A stretch of 64,000 nucleotides of DNA from the human T2T-CHM13v2.0 reference genome, Homo sapiens. Of the stretch, positions 1-12,149 are shown piece by piece; the first letter of the stretch is position 1; each line of letters begins with the position of its first letter. The notes under the pieces are model-generated. The model saw only the letters and a program-made list of their open reading frames with translations, searched no databases and had not been told where the DNA came from. The position numbers and the translations under genes are program-made. The stretch is from NCBI RefSeq assembly GCF_009914755.1, contig NC_060928.1, one strand, 5' to 3'.

Positions 1-985
1 TTCTGCACAGCAAAAGAAATAATCAGCTGAGTAAACAGACAACTCACAGAGTGGGAGAAAATATTCACAAACTATGCATCTGACAAATGACTAATATTCA
101 GAATCTACAAAGAGTTTGAACAAATCGACAAGAGGAAAACAAATAATATGATCAAAAAGTAGGCTAAGATCATGAATTGACAATTCTCAAAAGAAAATAT
201 ACAAATGGCCAACAAACAGAAAAAAATGCTCAACATCACTAATTATCATGGAAATGCAAATCAAAACCACAATGCAATACCACTGTCCTCCTGTAAGAAT
301 GGACATCATTAAAAAACCCCAAAATAATATAATATTGGCATGGATGTGGTAAAAGGAAACACATAAACTAGCACAACCACTATAGAAAACAGTATGGAGA
401 TTCCTTAAAAAACTAAAAGTAGATCTACATTTTTACCCACCTATCCTATTACTGGGTATCTACCCATAAAAAAAGAAGTCATTATATGCAAAGACTCATG
501 CACACACATCTTTACAGCAGTACAATTCCCAATTGTAAAAATATGGAACAAACCTAAATGCCCATCAAGCAATGGGTGTATTAAAAAAATGTGGTATATA
601 CACACACACACACCGTGGAATACTACTCAGCCATAAAAAGGAACAAAATAATGCCATTCATAGCAACCTGGATGCAGCTGGAGACCATTATTCTAAGTGA
701 AGTAATTCAGGATTAGGTAACCAAATATTTTAACTTCTCACTTACAAGTGGGAGCTAAGCTATGAAAATGCAAAGGCATAAGAATAATACAATGGACTCT
801 CAGGACTCAGGGAAGGGTCAGAGTGAGAAGAGGGATAAAAGACTACACGTTGGGTGCTGTGTACACTGCTCGGGTAATGGGTGTGCCAAAATTTCAGAAA
901 TCACAACTAAGGAATTTATCCATCTAATCAAACACCACCTGTTCCCTAAAGTCTCTTGAAATAATTTAAAATGTAAGAATAAAAT
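1..985 (+). mobile_element. LINE-1 3' end (L1PB-like)
   Basis: Degenerate ORF2 C-terminus plus L1PB-type 3'UTR (gggagctaagctatg...gcaaaggcataagaat...aaacaccacctgttccc). Confidence 0.85.
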
Positions 986-1019
986 CGACCAGATGAATAT
1001 TTTTAAATGACCAGAAAAA

Positions 1020-1116
1020 AATGGGTAAACTGAGGCTCACGGTGAAAGACTGGCTCAGCAGAAGGGTGGGACTGGACCCCAGCTTTCCTGACTTTTAGCC
1101 CCGTGTTCTTTCCACC
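1020..1116 (-). mobile_element. MIR fragment
   Basis: gggtaaactgaggctca...ttcctgact...gttctttccac matches the reverse-complemented MIR core. Confidence 0.55.
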
Positions 1117-2267
1117 ACTCACTCACTCATTTCTTCATTTTTAATTTGTTTTATTTTTTGGACAAACATGTATTGATTTTCTTGGTATCATATGGAAAGT
1201 CTGAATTGGTTCATAGAGCAAAAGACTTTGTAAAATAGTTCAATATTACCGTAGGAAGCAGGTAGCAGTTGCTGTATTTCTAATTCCATATACATTCCAC
1301 TGCGAAATGACTAAAGCTCTAAAAAGTTAAACATTTTGCCATAACTTTTAGGAAAAAAACTGACACTTAAGCAGTATGCACCGTAAGAGCCAAGCAGCAG
1401 TACTCATCTCAAAATAGCAAAAGCAAGAGAGACATTTTTTATACAATTCAATTGTTTAACAGTTCCTTTAGCAACAGTTAAAATATGAAAATCCTGCTTA
1501 AAATGAGGCCAAAGTATTCTGAGTATTTGCAAAACAGTACCGATACTCTTAATACTCTTGTGTTTAAGTACAATATGTGAAATGTACTTAAGCTCAGTAA
1601 AAATGTTTTCATGTAACCTGTGAATGGGAGCAACACATTTCAATATAAGCTCGACAAATTTAAATACAAGTTCATATGGCTTTATACTATTTTATAATTT
1701 CGCTAGTACTTTCCTTCTCAACAAAAAGTATTTCTAAGGTATTAAATCTCTGAAAAACAAATTTTTATTTGACAAGGTAAGTAAGTTTTGAAGAGATTTT
1801 CTGTCACAGAAAGAAAGGAATCTTGCTTCATAACCTTTCTTGTTAGAATAAACTGAAGAAGTCTCGTCTATCAGGTTTCCTAGCTTCAAGCTTCAAATAC
1901 AAGTACAGCTAATCTCTTTTTCCCTTCTTTCCAGTTCTAGCAAACTTCCAGACACAAAACATACAACATTTTGTGATGATAAATATCACAGTTGCCACAC
2001 AGTCCAGCAGGAACCCAATCATATCCAAAGAGTGGTACTGGAACCAGGTGAGGTCACGGGCTGCAACCTGAAGGTGTTTGGCTCCTTTATGGCACATGAC
2101 AAATTCAATCCAGAAGACTGCTCGATCCAGGGGCTTCACTGGTTGATCATGATAAATTCTTGATAACTTTATAATGTTCTCTTTATATCTGAAGGATAAA
2201 TGTAGAGATACCAAAATTGAAAGTAAGTTAATTTGCTTGAGCATATCAAGTCCATATAAGGTTTTTA

Positions 2268-2594
2268 TTTTGCTTATTTATTTATTTATTTATTTATTTA
2301 CTTATTTATTGAGATGGAGTCTTACTCTGTCGCCCGGGCTGGAGTGTAGTGGCGCAATCTCGGCTCACTGCAACCTCCGCCTCCTTTGGGGTCAAGAGAT
2401 TTTCCTGCCTCAGCCTCCCGAGTAGCTGGGATTACAGGCATACACCAACACACCTGGCTAATTTTTACATTTTTAGTAGAGACGGGGTTTTTCCCTGTTG
2501 GCCAGGCTAGTCTCAAACTCCTGACCTCAGGTGACCCATCCATCTCGGCCTCCCGAAGTGCTGGGATTACAGGCGTGAGCCACTGCATCCGGCC
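2268..2594 (-). mobile_element. Full-length AluS with (TTTA)n tail
   Basis: Dimeric Alu. Imperfect 15-bp TSD catataaggttttta (2253-2267) / catgaaaggttttta (2595-2609). Confidence 0.95.
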
Positions 2595-2814
2595 CATGAA
2601 AGGTTTTTAAAGTGTCAAATGATTCAAAGTAAATGTCATAGAATTGACATAGAATTTGAGTAATTTAATTTGAATCATCATAGAAACTTTGGCTTTTAAA
2701 TTGGAATTTTATCATTGACAAATATTTTTAAGGTAAAAATGGAAAGCCAAGTGAGAAAACTAATTTCTTTCAGGCAAAGCAAATATGAGCCATTTCATTA
2801 TTATTTGTTAGTTT

Positions 2815-2985
2815 GTTAATTTTCAGTTTTTTTGGGTACTTAGTAGTTGTATATATTTATGGGTTGAGTGAGATGTTTTGATACAGGCTGCAATGTAAAA
2901 TAATCACACCATGGAGAATAAGGTATTGTTCCTTAAGCATTTATCCTTTCTGTTATGAACAATCCAATTATACTCTTTTAGTTCT
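2815..2985 (-). mobile_element. L1MA-type 3' end fragment
   Basis: tttgggtacttagtagttgtatatatttatggg...gatacagg...aatcacacc resembles the L1MA 3'UTR terminus. Confidence 0.7.
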
Positions 2986-3129
2986 CAAACAGGCAAATGA
3001 GAACGTGCTCAACATTGTGAGCAATTTTAAGTCCTTTAGGAAAGATAGTGAAAATACAATTATCATTTTTAAGTTCCAAAAAGGAATTGTGTCATGGTGA
3101 GTGAAATGCCTCATAGCTAGTCACTCTGC

Positions 3130-3560
3130 TTCTACCCTACCCTTTTCTCTCCTACTGTTTCCTACCCAGCAGCCAGAATTATATTTTTGAAATAAAAGTC
3201 AGATTTTGCCACTCTCCTGATTAAGATTTTTGCCTGACTTCTTATCATATTAAAAATAAAATCCAACTCTGTTATTTGGTCTACAGGACCCTGCAATGTC
3301 AAACACTGGCAAGCTCTTCTCCTAACACTTTTTCCATGCACACTAGGTCTTCTAGAGACATTGCCCTTCTATTTTTCTTTAAGTTCCCAAAAGTATTCTC
3401 ACCATAGCATCTTTAAACATTTTGCCCCCTCTGTCACACTCTTGGAGCATTCTTTCTTGCAACAACCCAAGGCATGCTTCTATCTCTTTTTGAGGCTTCC
3501 CTCTAAGTGTTACCTCTAAGCGAGGTTTTCCTGGCCACACTATGATGGAACCTCTAGGAT
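3130..3560 (+). mobile_element. LINE-2 3' fragment
   Basis: cagcagccaga...aaaagtcagat...ccactctcctg...aaaataaaatccaa is typical L2 3' sequence. Confidence 0.6.
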
Positions 3561-4083
3561 TTTCTCTATTGTTTTATGCTTATTTTGATATTTGATTCCT
3601 AGAATTTTAAATACATTATATAACTTATAAAATAAATCTTTGAATATTAAAACCAAAAGATAAATATACACACACTAAGTGAATAGGTCACAAGTATTAG
3701 ATCATCTTGAACATTATCTTGAAGAGAAGATACCAATTTACCTACTGTTCAGATCATGGTATATGATACCACAACCTGTCTAGAATAACTCTCTTTTCCT
3801 GAACCATTTAGTCACTACTTTTATCCTTCAGTTAAATATTAGTCTGACTTCAAATATAATACATTAGTTTTCTTTATTTATGTAATTGAATTATATAACA
3901 TACATTCATTAGAGTCTATTTTTTAAAATTTTGTATAGCAGTTGTTATTTAATTCCATTGCTGTGTAGTATTTTGTTGATTGCTAAACCACAGATTATGT
4001 CATCATTTTATGACCAATAGACATAGGGGTTGCTAACGATTTTTGAACAATATTAATAATTCTGTTATAAACATTGTTGTATA

Positions 4084-4833
4084 TGAAATGCAAGAGTTCT
4101 GCGCCTCCCCTCACAAGATGTGCGACAGCTGTGTGGCTCATCTGTTCAGCCCCCATTCATGTTCAAGTCCGTTATGGGAGGGGGAGCATGCAGACAGGCA
4201 GGTGCGGGAGCCTGGGCAAGCGCCCCTGGACTGTGTTCCCACGGCAGCATCCAGGGGTGGTTGTCTGCAGCTCCTGAAGCCCAAGTGGGTATGTGTTAGT
4301 GTACTCTTTTAGCCTTGCCATGTACTGATGGCTTAAGTGTTAACCAGTTCAGTGCCCTGTTAGTACTCAGGTCCTTGTCCAGCATCCAGGAAGAATCAGG
4401 TCGCACACGGACTTGAAGGATGAATGCATGGGTTTTATAGAGTGGTGGAGGTGGCTCTCATTGAGATGAATGGGGAGCTGGAATGGTGATGGAATGGGAA
4501 GATGATCTTCCACTGGGGTTTGGCCATCCAGCATCCAATCTCCTCTCTTTTCCAACTGTCTCCAGCTGAACTACTCTTGGCATTCAGAAACTCCTTCTCT
4601 TCTCTCTGATGCACCATTCTGCCATTCTTCTGCTCTTCTCTTCATGCTGGGTGTTTGGGGTTTATATGGGTACAGAATAGGGGGGCATTGTGGACCAAAA
4701 GGCAACTTTTGGGGGCTCAAAAACAGAATGTCTGTTCTCATTTATGGCCATGAGTTTTCAGGCTTGAGGGTGGGACCTCTGCTGGGGAACTGACCTCTTC
4801 TACCCAGTATTTTCCTGTTTCCTGTCCATGTCA
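4084..4833 (-). mobile_element. ERV1 solo LTR (LTR1/LTR27/LTR28-like)
   Basis: TG...CA termini and 4-bp TSD TATA (4080-4083/4834-4837). Minus-strand start TGACATGGACAGGAAACAGGAAAATACTGGGTAGAAGAGG. Confidence 0.8.
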
Positions 4834-4972
4834 TATATAGCACAAGGTTTACATATTTATACATATCTGTTGGGCATATAATTAAAAGTAGAATTGCTGA
4901 GATAAAAGTGCATGCATAATTATCATTCACTTCTTGACTTTTTTTTTATTTTTAATTCTTTAAACTTTTAAA

Positions 4973-5262
4973 TTTATTTTTATTTTTATTTTTTTGAAAC
5001 GGAGGTTTGCTCTTGTTGCCCAGGCAGGAGTGTGATGGCATGATCTTGGCTCACTGCATCCTCTGCCTCCCAGGTTCAAGCGATGGCTCACGCCTGTAAT
5101 CCCAGCACTTTGGGATGCCAAGGTGGGTGGATGATCTGAGGTCAGGAATTCGAGACCAGTCTGACCAACACAGTGAAACCTCATCTCTACTAAAAATACA
5201 AAATTGGCCAGGCATGGTGGTGCATGCTTGTATTCCCAGCTACTCAGGAGTCTGAGGTGGAG
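4973..5262 (-). mobile_element. AluSp/Sq-like element with inverted 5' portion
   Basis: Poly-T and right-arm 3' part on - (to ~5084), joined to the left arm and start of the right arm on + (5085-5262). Flanked by an imperfect 12-bp TSD. Confidence 0.9.
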
Positions 5263-5859
5263 CTTTAAATTTTTTGAAGTGTATATTTTTAATTTCCAAA
5301 ATTAAAAGTATTTTAGTTATCATTTTTCCAATATCCCTTACTTCCACTTAGGCTGAATCATTTACTCTTTATGATATTGAATCTTTTCAAATTTACTGAG
5401 TCTTGATTTATGGCCCACCACAAGTCACTTCAAATAACTATTAATAATTCAACATGCTCTAAGAAAATGTGTCTTCCAGTTGACATATATAGTACATATG
5501 TGTGTGTGCATATATATATATGTATATATATGTGTGTGTGTATCATGTTACATTATAAGTTTCCATTTGTTAACTGTGTTCTTCTAACGTTTTATGTCCT
5601 TATTCATTATTTGCTTCTCTTTTTAAAGTCTGTTTAGATTTAATGGAAGTATCTGTATATTCACATTTAAATAAACCACGTTGTTTGATGTTTCTTTTAT
5701 ATTGGTCCAACCTGTTTCATGGTACAACCTGTTTTAAAAGTATTCCTTTAGGTGACATCTTTCTTACATAAAAATATTATTGACAGCAGTTATAAATGCT
5801 GAATGGATGGTAGCTGGACTGGGTAGGCATTTTGCACATTGCATCCTACGGAGTATAAA

Positions 5860-6770
5860 TAAATCAATTACTAAAAATTTAACTTATTAAAATTAAAATT
5901 TTTGTTCTTCAAAAACCATCAACAAAAAAGTAAAATGTTAGCACACCCAGAATGAAACGAAATATTTGAAAATTATATATCTGATATAAGATTATATCCA
6001 AATATAAAATAGTTCTTAATACTCAATAATAAGATGAGTAGCAAAATTTAAAAATGTTCCAAGGATTGGAATAGGCATTTTTCCAAAGAAGAGATATGGT
6101 CAATAAGCACATATAACGATGCTCAACATTTTTAGCCGTAATCCACCTAAAATCCAATCCAAAACCACAATGAAAGATCATTTCACACTCATTAAGAAAG
6201 CTATAACAAAAAGATAATAACAGGTGTTGGCAACAATGTGGAGGAATTTGAACCCTCTTGTACTGTTGGTGGTAATGACAAATGGAACAAGTACTTTGGA
6301 AAACAGTTTAGCAGTTCTTCATAAACATGCAGTTCCCACATAAGCCAGCAATACCACTTATAGTATCAACCCAAAAGAAAGAAAAGCATGTTTATGCAAA
6401 AACATGTGCAGCAATGTTCCTAATAGCCACAATTGGAAACAATCAAAAGGCCAACGAACTGATAAGTGAACAAATAAAATATGACATATCCATACTGTAA
6501 AATATTATAGTGCTGTAAGAATAAATGAGGTATTAATGTACACTACAACATGAATTAATCTAAAAACTATTTTAAAAAAACAAAAAATTATGCTCAGTGA
6601 AAGAAGTCATTTACACAACACCCCAAACTGTATGATTCTCAATGGCTTCATGACTCATAAGCATTCTAAATATATTGGAATTTTACACTTTAAATAGGTG
6701 GGTTTTAAGTCATGGAAATTATATCTAATTATCAAGCCAGTTACAATAATGAAAACAATAAAAATGAATT
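5860..6770 (+). mobile_element. Old LINE-1 3' end (L1MB/MC/ME-like)
   Basis: Degenerate ORF2 end (aggcattttccaaagaa...gctcaacat...ctttggaaaacagtttagcagtt) and 3'UTR. Confidence 0.75.
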
Positions 6771-8564
6771 TTTCAGCAAGAAAACAGTTATACTGTTAGA
6801 CATTTTAGATATTTAATTAAAGTATTTTATCATATTTCTTCAAGTTTATCCTTCCTTTCTACTGTGGATTGATCATATAATTTCTTTAAAACTGTCTTTT
6901 TTATATTCTCTATATTACTTTAAAATTATTTTTGTGCAGAAAATTGTTTCACTAATTGGATACCCATTAAATGTGTGGAGTTGAAAACACAATTCTTTAA
7001 TAACTGCTCAAAAATAAAAGAAGATTTCAGATTGGTTACATCATTTAAATTCTTTCAAAATTAGTCTCTTGAAAAAAGGATGAAACTCATACTATTGGGA
7101 AGATAAGGTATCTATAAATACCACCTAGTGAAAAAATATTGTTATACTCACAAAGGGTCATTAATTATTGGCTTCATGCATTGAACAAGTCTGTACTTGA
7201 CATCGTGTGGAAGTCCAATCTAATAGCTGTGCCCTTGGCCTTCATGTGAGAAATGTTATCAGGTTGATCCGCAAACAGTGGAATCCCCATTATAGGAATC
7301 CCATGGTAGGTCACCTCGTAGATGCCATTGGATCCACCATGAGTTACAAAAGCCCTGGTTTTTGGATGACCTAGGATTGGATGAATTTTAGCAAAATTAT
7401 TCATAGGAATAAAATGAGAAATGCACAACTAAAGACTCAAGTGACAGTATTTTCTAGCTAAAACATTGAACTAAATTAAAATTTCTGTTTCAGACTTCAG
7501 AGGAAGGAGCACTTATGCTGGAGATGTAAGTGAAAGCTGTATGGTGTGTGTGACTTCAGACTGAAAAATAGTTAAACAAGATTACCAGTTAGACTAAAGA
7601 AAAAGCGCAATCTAAATAAAATGTGCAAAAAAAAAAAAAAAAGAGCAGCAAAGAAAAGAGATGGACATGTAAGAATGTGTTCTCCTAAGTGCAGTCATAG
7701 AACGTGATATGTGAGATGTGCAAGGCAGCAGGCAGTGGGGTGGTGGTGGTGCTAGGATTGAGGAAGGACAGGTCACACTTCATCACAAAATGTGTCATCA
7801 CTTTATGATTAAGATTAGGAATTTAATACTACAGAAAATGCAGAGTCACTGGTGATAGCAGAAGAGCTGTTATTTTTGAAATAACCCTGCATAAAAAGAA
7901 AGAACAAGTGTAAAGTTATAGAAATAGGAGACAAAGACGATCTATGAAGTTACAAAAAATTCTGTGAGACATAATAACACCTGAAATAAAAATACTCTGA
8001 TTCTGACCATAAAGAAGGTGAATGTATATCATAAAATGCCAACAATTATAGCTTATTATTTTCCCCATAGGACTGCAAAATAAATATAATGTAGTTGCAT
8101 TTTATTTTTAAGTTTTTCCATAATGCATTTTCAATAAGCTTATTTCATGATTAATTATTAATACTCTAATGGGATATTACTAATACATTCAGTATTTGTA
8201 CTCCAGAGTCATACCAAGAAGGTCATTCTGTGGTATCCACTTGTACACCCAAGTATTGAGTCCTAAAGCATGTGGTTTATTTCCATCAAATCTCCACAGA
8301 ACCTGTTACAGTAAAGAAAATGTCTTATTCCATGAGTAGAACTCCAAAGTTATAGAATGTTAGAACTCTAAAGAGATTAAGAATGAGAGCGGGGGATGTT
8401 AGGTAATAAAACTACTCAAAGACTGATGTAAACAGAATGCTAACATTTTATTTTCTTAACTTTTATAATTAGTTAAGTATATAAGGAAATCAAGATTTTC
8501 CAAATAATAGCTTAGAAAAATGAGATTATCAATGAAAAGTTGAAGTATTTAAAAAATTGTTATG

Positions 8565-9925
8565 CTTTTCAAAAGAAGACCTACGTGTGGCCAACCATCA
8601 CATGAAAAAAAGCTTACCATCACTGCTCATTAGAGAAAAGCAAATCAAAATCATAGTAGATACTATCTTGCACCAGTCATAATGGGTATTATTAACCCAA
8701 AAGGTAATATATGCTAGTGAGATTGTGTAGAATAAGGAATGCTTATACTCTGTTAGTGGGAGTGTAAGTTGGTTCAACCATTGTGGAAGACTGTGTGGCA
8801 CTTCCTCAAAAACCTAGAGGCTAAAATACAATTCAACTCACCAATCCCATTAGTGGGTATATATCCAAAGGATGATGAATCATTCTCTTATAAAGTCACA
8901 TACACGTTTATTAATAGCAGTAGTATTCACAATAGTAAAGACATGGTATCAACCCTAATGCCCATCAATGATTGACTGAATAAAGAAAACACAATGGGGT
9001 TCATATACACCGTGGAATATTATGCAGCCATAAACAAAAAACAAGATTTTGTATTTTACAGGGACATAGATGGAGCTGGAGGCCGTTATCCTTAGCAAAC
9101 TAGCATAGAAACAGAAATCCAAATACCACATGTTCTCACTATGAAGTGGAAACTAAAAGATGAGAACACATGTGTTGGGAACAGGCCTCCCAAAATCTGG
9201 CCATAAACTGGCCCCAAAACTGGCCATAAACAAAATCTGTGCAGCACCGTGACATGTTCATGATGGCCATAATGCCCATGCTGGAAGATTGTGGGTTTAC
9301 CAGAATGAGGGCAAGGAACACCTGTCCTGCCCAGGGTGGAAAACTGCTTAAAGGCATTCTTAAGCCACAAACAATAGCATGAGCAATCTGTGCCTTAAGG
9401 ACATGCTCCTGCGGCAGTTAACTAACCCAACCTATTCCTTTATTTTGGCCCATCCCTTCATTTCCCATAAGGGATGCTTTTAGTTAATCCCATTTCCCAT
9501 AAGGGATACTTTTAGTTAATTGAATATTTATAGATAGAATGCTAATGCCTGGCTCGCTGTTAATAAATACATGGGTAAATCTCTGGGGCTCTCAGCTTTG
9601 AAGGCTGTGAGACCCCTGATTTCCCACTTTACACCTCTATATTTCTGTGTGTGTGTCTTTAATTCCTCTGGCACCACTGGATTAGGGTCTCCCCGACTTA
9701 GCTGGTCTCGGCACACATGGAAACAGAGCAGGGAACAACATACACTGGGGTGTATTGGAGGCTGCAGGGCAGGAGGAGAGAGAAGATCATGTAAAATAAC
9801 TAATGGGTACTGGTCTTAATGCCAGGGTGAGAAAACAATCTGTAAAACAAACCCTCATGACACAAGTTTATCTATGTAACAAAGCTGCACCTGTACCCCT
9901 GAACTTAAATGTTAAAAAATAAAAT
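8565..9925 (+). mobile_element. Old L1PA 3' end interrupted by a MER9 LTR
   Basis: ORF2 C-terminal remnant (VQPLWKTVW) and 3'UTR ending ctgtacccctgaacttaaa plus an A-rich tail. Confidence 0.85.
9173..9713 (+). mobile_element. MER9 solo LTR (ERVK group)
   Basis: TGTTGGGAACAGGCC...GCTGGTCTCGGCA with a perfect 6-bp TSD CACATG. Confidence 0.93.
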
Positions 9926-11954
9926 TAATTTTAAACACATAATTCTAAAAAATTATATGTATAAAAAATTTAAATAGTCATTATAATTCTAGTGAGAAAA
10001 AGCAGTAACAATCTAGTATTGACCTGTGTTATTTTATGTATTTATACTAGTTTTCATCTTCCAAATTAAGTATTAATTTATTCATTTTTTAGTAACATGG
10101 GAAGTAGTTCATGTATTTCTGCTTGTCTGTAAGTTATTATATTAGAGTCTGGTGTCCTCTGATTGATAAAAATGCAAGTAGATAAAATAAGCTACTTATA
10201 AGAAATAAATTAATGCTACAAAGGTAGCATGTATAAGTTCTTTGGAATTATGAATTATCAAGCACTACTTCCAGGAGAAATTTCAAGGGAAAATTTTTGA
10301 GACAAATTCAGACTATTATCAGTATTGCTAATTTTGGTTGTTTTTTCAGCACTGAAATAAGGAATCTTATTCATAAATAAAGAAATAGCTGTTGAATAAA
10401 TTCAAAATTGTATTTTTCTGAATTTGGTCAAATGATTGTTAACACTTAGACAATGTGCTACAAAGCTTTGACAATAGTGATTAATATGTTCTATTATAGC
10501 CAAGACATTTTTATGTTTAAGTTACTAATTTTGGAACTCCCAAGCAATCCTCATCAACTGAAGAATAATTTACAGTGTTTAACTTTTACTTGTTATATCA
10601 GTATTAAAATAACTGAGTTTTCAGCAAAAATGTTAGTATAGGTCATTACAAGAAGACTATATCAGATAGATACGGAACTAAAAAGTAATTGACAAATACA
10701 CATATGTCATCATTTTATTCTATATAAAAGAAAATATGTTTCTACTATGTTCTACGGAGGGGGCATCTGAACCTGTTCCCCTGCCTGGCTTCCTTCTGTT
10801 TGACCCTTTCCTGTATTTCCTTCTGCTGCCTCCACTGGGTGGAGTTGTTAATCTCATAGTTAGGGCTGCGTCCTTGTGGGGCCACATTTTATACAGCATA
10901 GGATTCACCTTCAGGTCAGGATCTATCTCCATCCTTTCTCTTTAATCTTCCTGCTTCAGACACTGGCTGGGCCCAGTCCAGCAGGGGAGGCTGCTTTTTT
11001 TCTCTTTCTCTAAATCTACCTGGCTGGGTGGGAACTTGGACTAATCTGTCAACCTAGGCCATTCTTTCTCTGAATAGTACCCTGAACATCACTCAGATAG
11101 GCCTATTCCAAAATGTAGAGGAAGTATATGAGGCCGGATTACATGGCAAGCCTAAACTGCATGATGCATGTTAGACATTTTGAAATACCTGCTATTGTTA
11201 TTGTGCTAGTGAAGTCACCCATTAAAATGTAACTTCTTCTGATAACATCTGTAGCATGTACAATGTCCTTAGGAATCCTTAAACATAAGGATCAAATAAC
11301 AAGGAAAGAATTTGGTGATATCCTGACCCCAATATCATGGTAATACCAAAACTTTACCTACCCCTCTTAATATATTTATTCCTGATCACAATATTAGTGC
11401 CAAATGTATTTATCCATGAATATACCCTTTGTATTATTTTAGCATCTTCCATGTATATTTCTGATCTTGAACTAATATCTGATAATTAGTGCTTTCCCAA
11501 CAGCTACATTTCTAGGCAGGAAATTTCTATAATTGGATTCTTTACAGAATTTAACAGCCTCTTTTAGTAGTTTTCCATACCAGTAAGGCACTTTATCTAT
11601 CTTTCTGCGGCATCTTGGCAAGAGCTGATGCAATTATATCGGTCCTTTCTTCTTTCATGTTACTGACCATTAACCCCAGAGAAAACACTACAACACCATT
11701 TTCTCCAGAGCTCTGGAAAAACTCTTCCATTTCCTGTGAAAAAAGAATTTGTTCCATCACAAAAGAGTAACAGCACAGCAGGCACTACTGAAAAAATTGG
11801 TACAAATTACTAAAGAGAGAAAATCAAGTATTAACAGGAATTATTGGAGTAAATTATGTCTTTTAACTGACTCAGTCACTCAGTTTCTTATCAAGACAAT
11901 GTATAATATGAAGATAGCTGGCCTCTACTAAGGGTATTCATGTAAATATGTGTA

Positions 11955-12149
11955 TGCATGCAGCACACGATGGTTTTGAATACGGCCCAACACAAACTTG
12001 TAAACTTTCTTAAAACGTTGTGATTTCTCTTGCTATTTTTTTCTCAGCTCACCAGCTATGGCTAGTGTTAGTGTATTTTAAGTGTAGCCCAAGGCAATTC
12101 TTCTTTTCCCACTGTGGTCCAGGGAAGGCAAAAGATTGGACACTCTTGT
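11955..12149 (-). mobile_element. MER30 (hAT-Charlie MITE)
   Basis: ggcccaacacaaacttgtaaactttcttaaaac...tagtgttagtgtatttta...aaaagattggacac matches the MER30 reverse complement. Confidence 0.85.

Larger units (their letters stand above)
1909..11733 (-). pseudogene. 5'-truncated unprocessed UGT2B-type pseudogene (exons 3-6; UGT2B4/7/10/11/28-like clade)
   Basis: Exon 3 11602-11733 ([20 protein letters not shown]...MPQK; donor reads GA, not GT). Exon 4 8215-8302 ([29 protein letters not shown]). Exon 5 7152-7370 (219 nt; 1-nt deletion gives GCA TGA). Exon 6 1909-2188 (open, ends KKGKRD*). No exon 1 or 2 found between it and the UGT2A3 3' end. Confidence 0.92.

Noticed and set aside
2174-2610. 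ORFs with Alu-type peptides (also 4960-5184, 35052-35267, 46549-46926)
   Set aside because: They are translations of Alu sequence.
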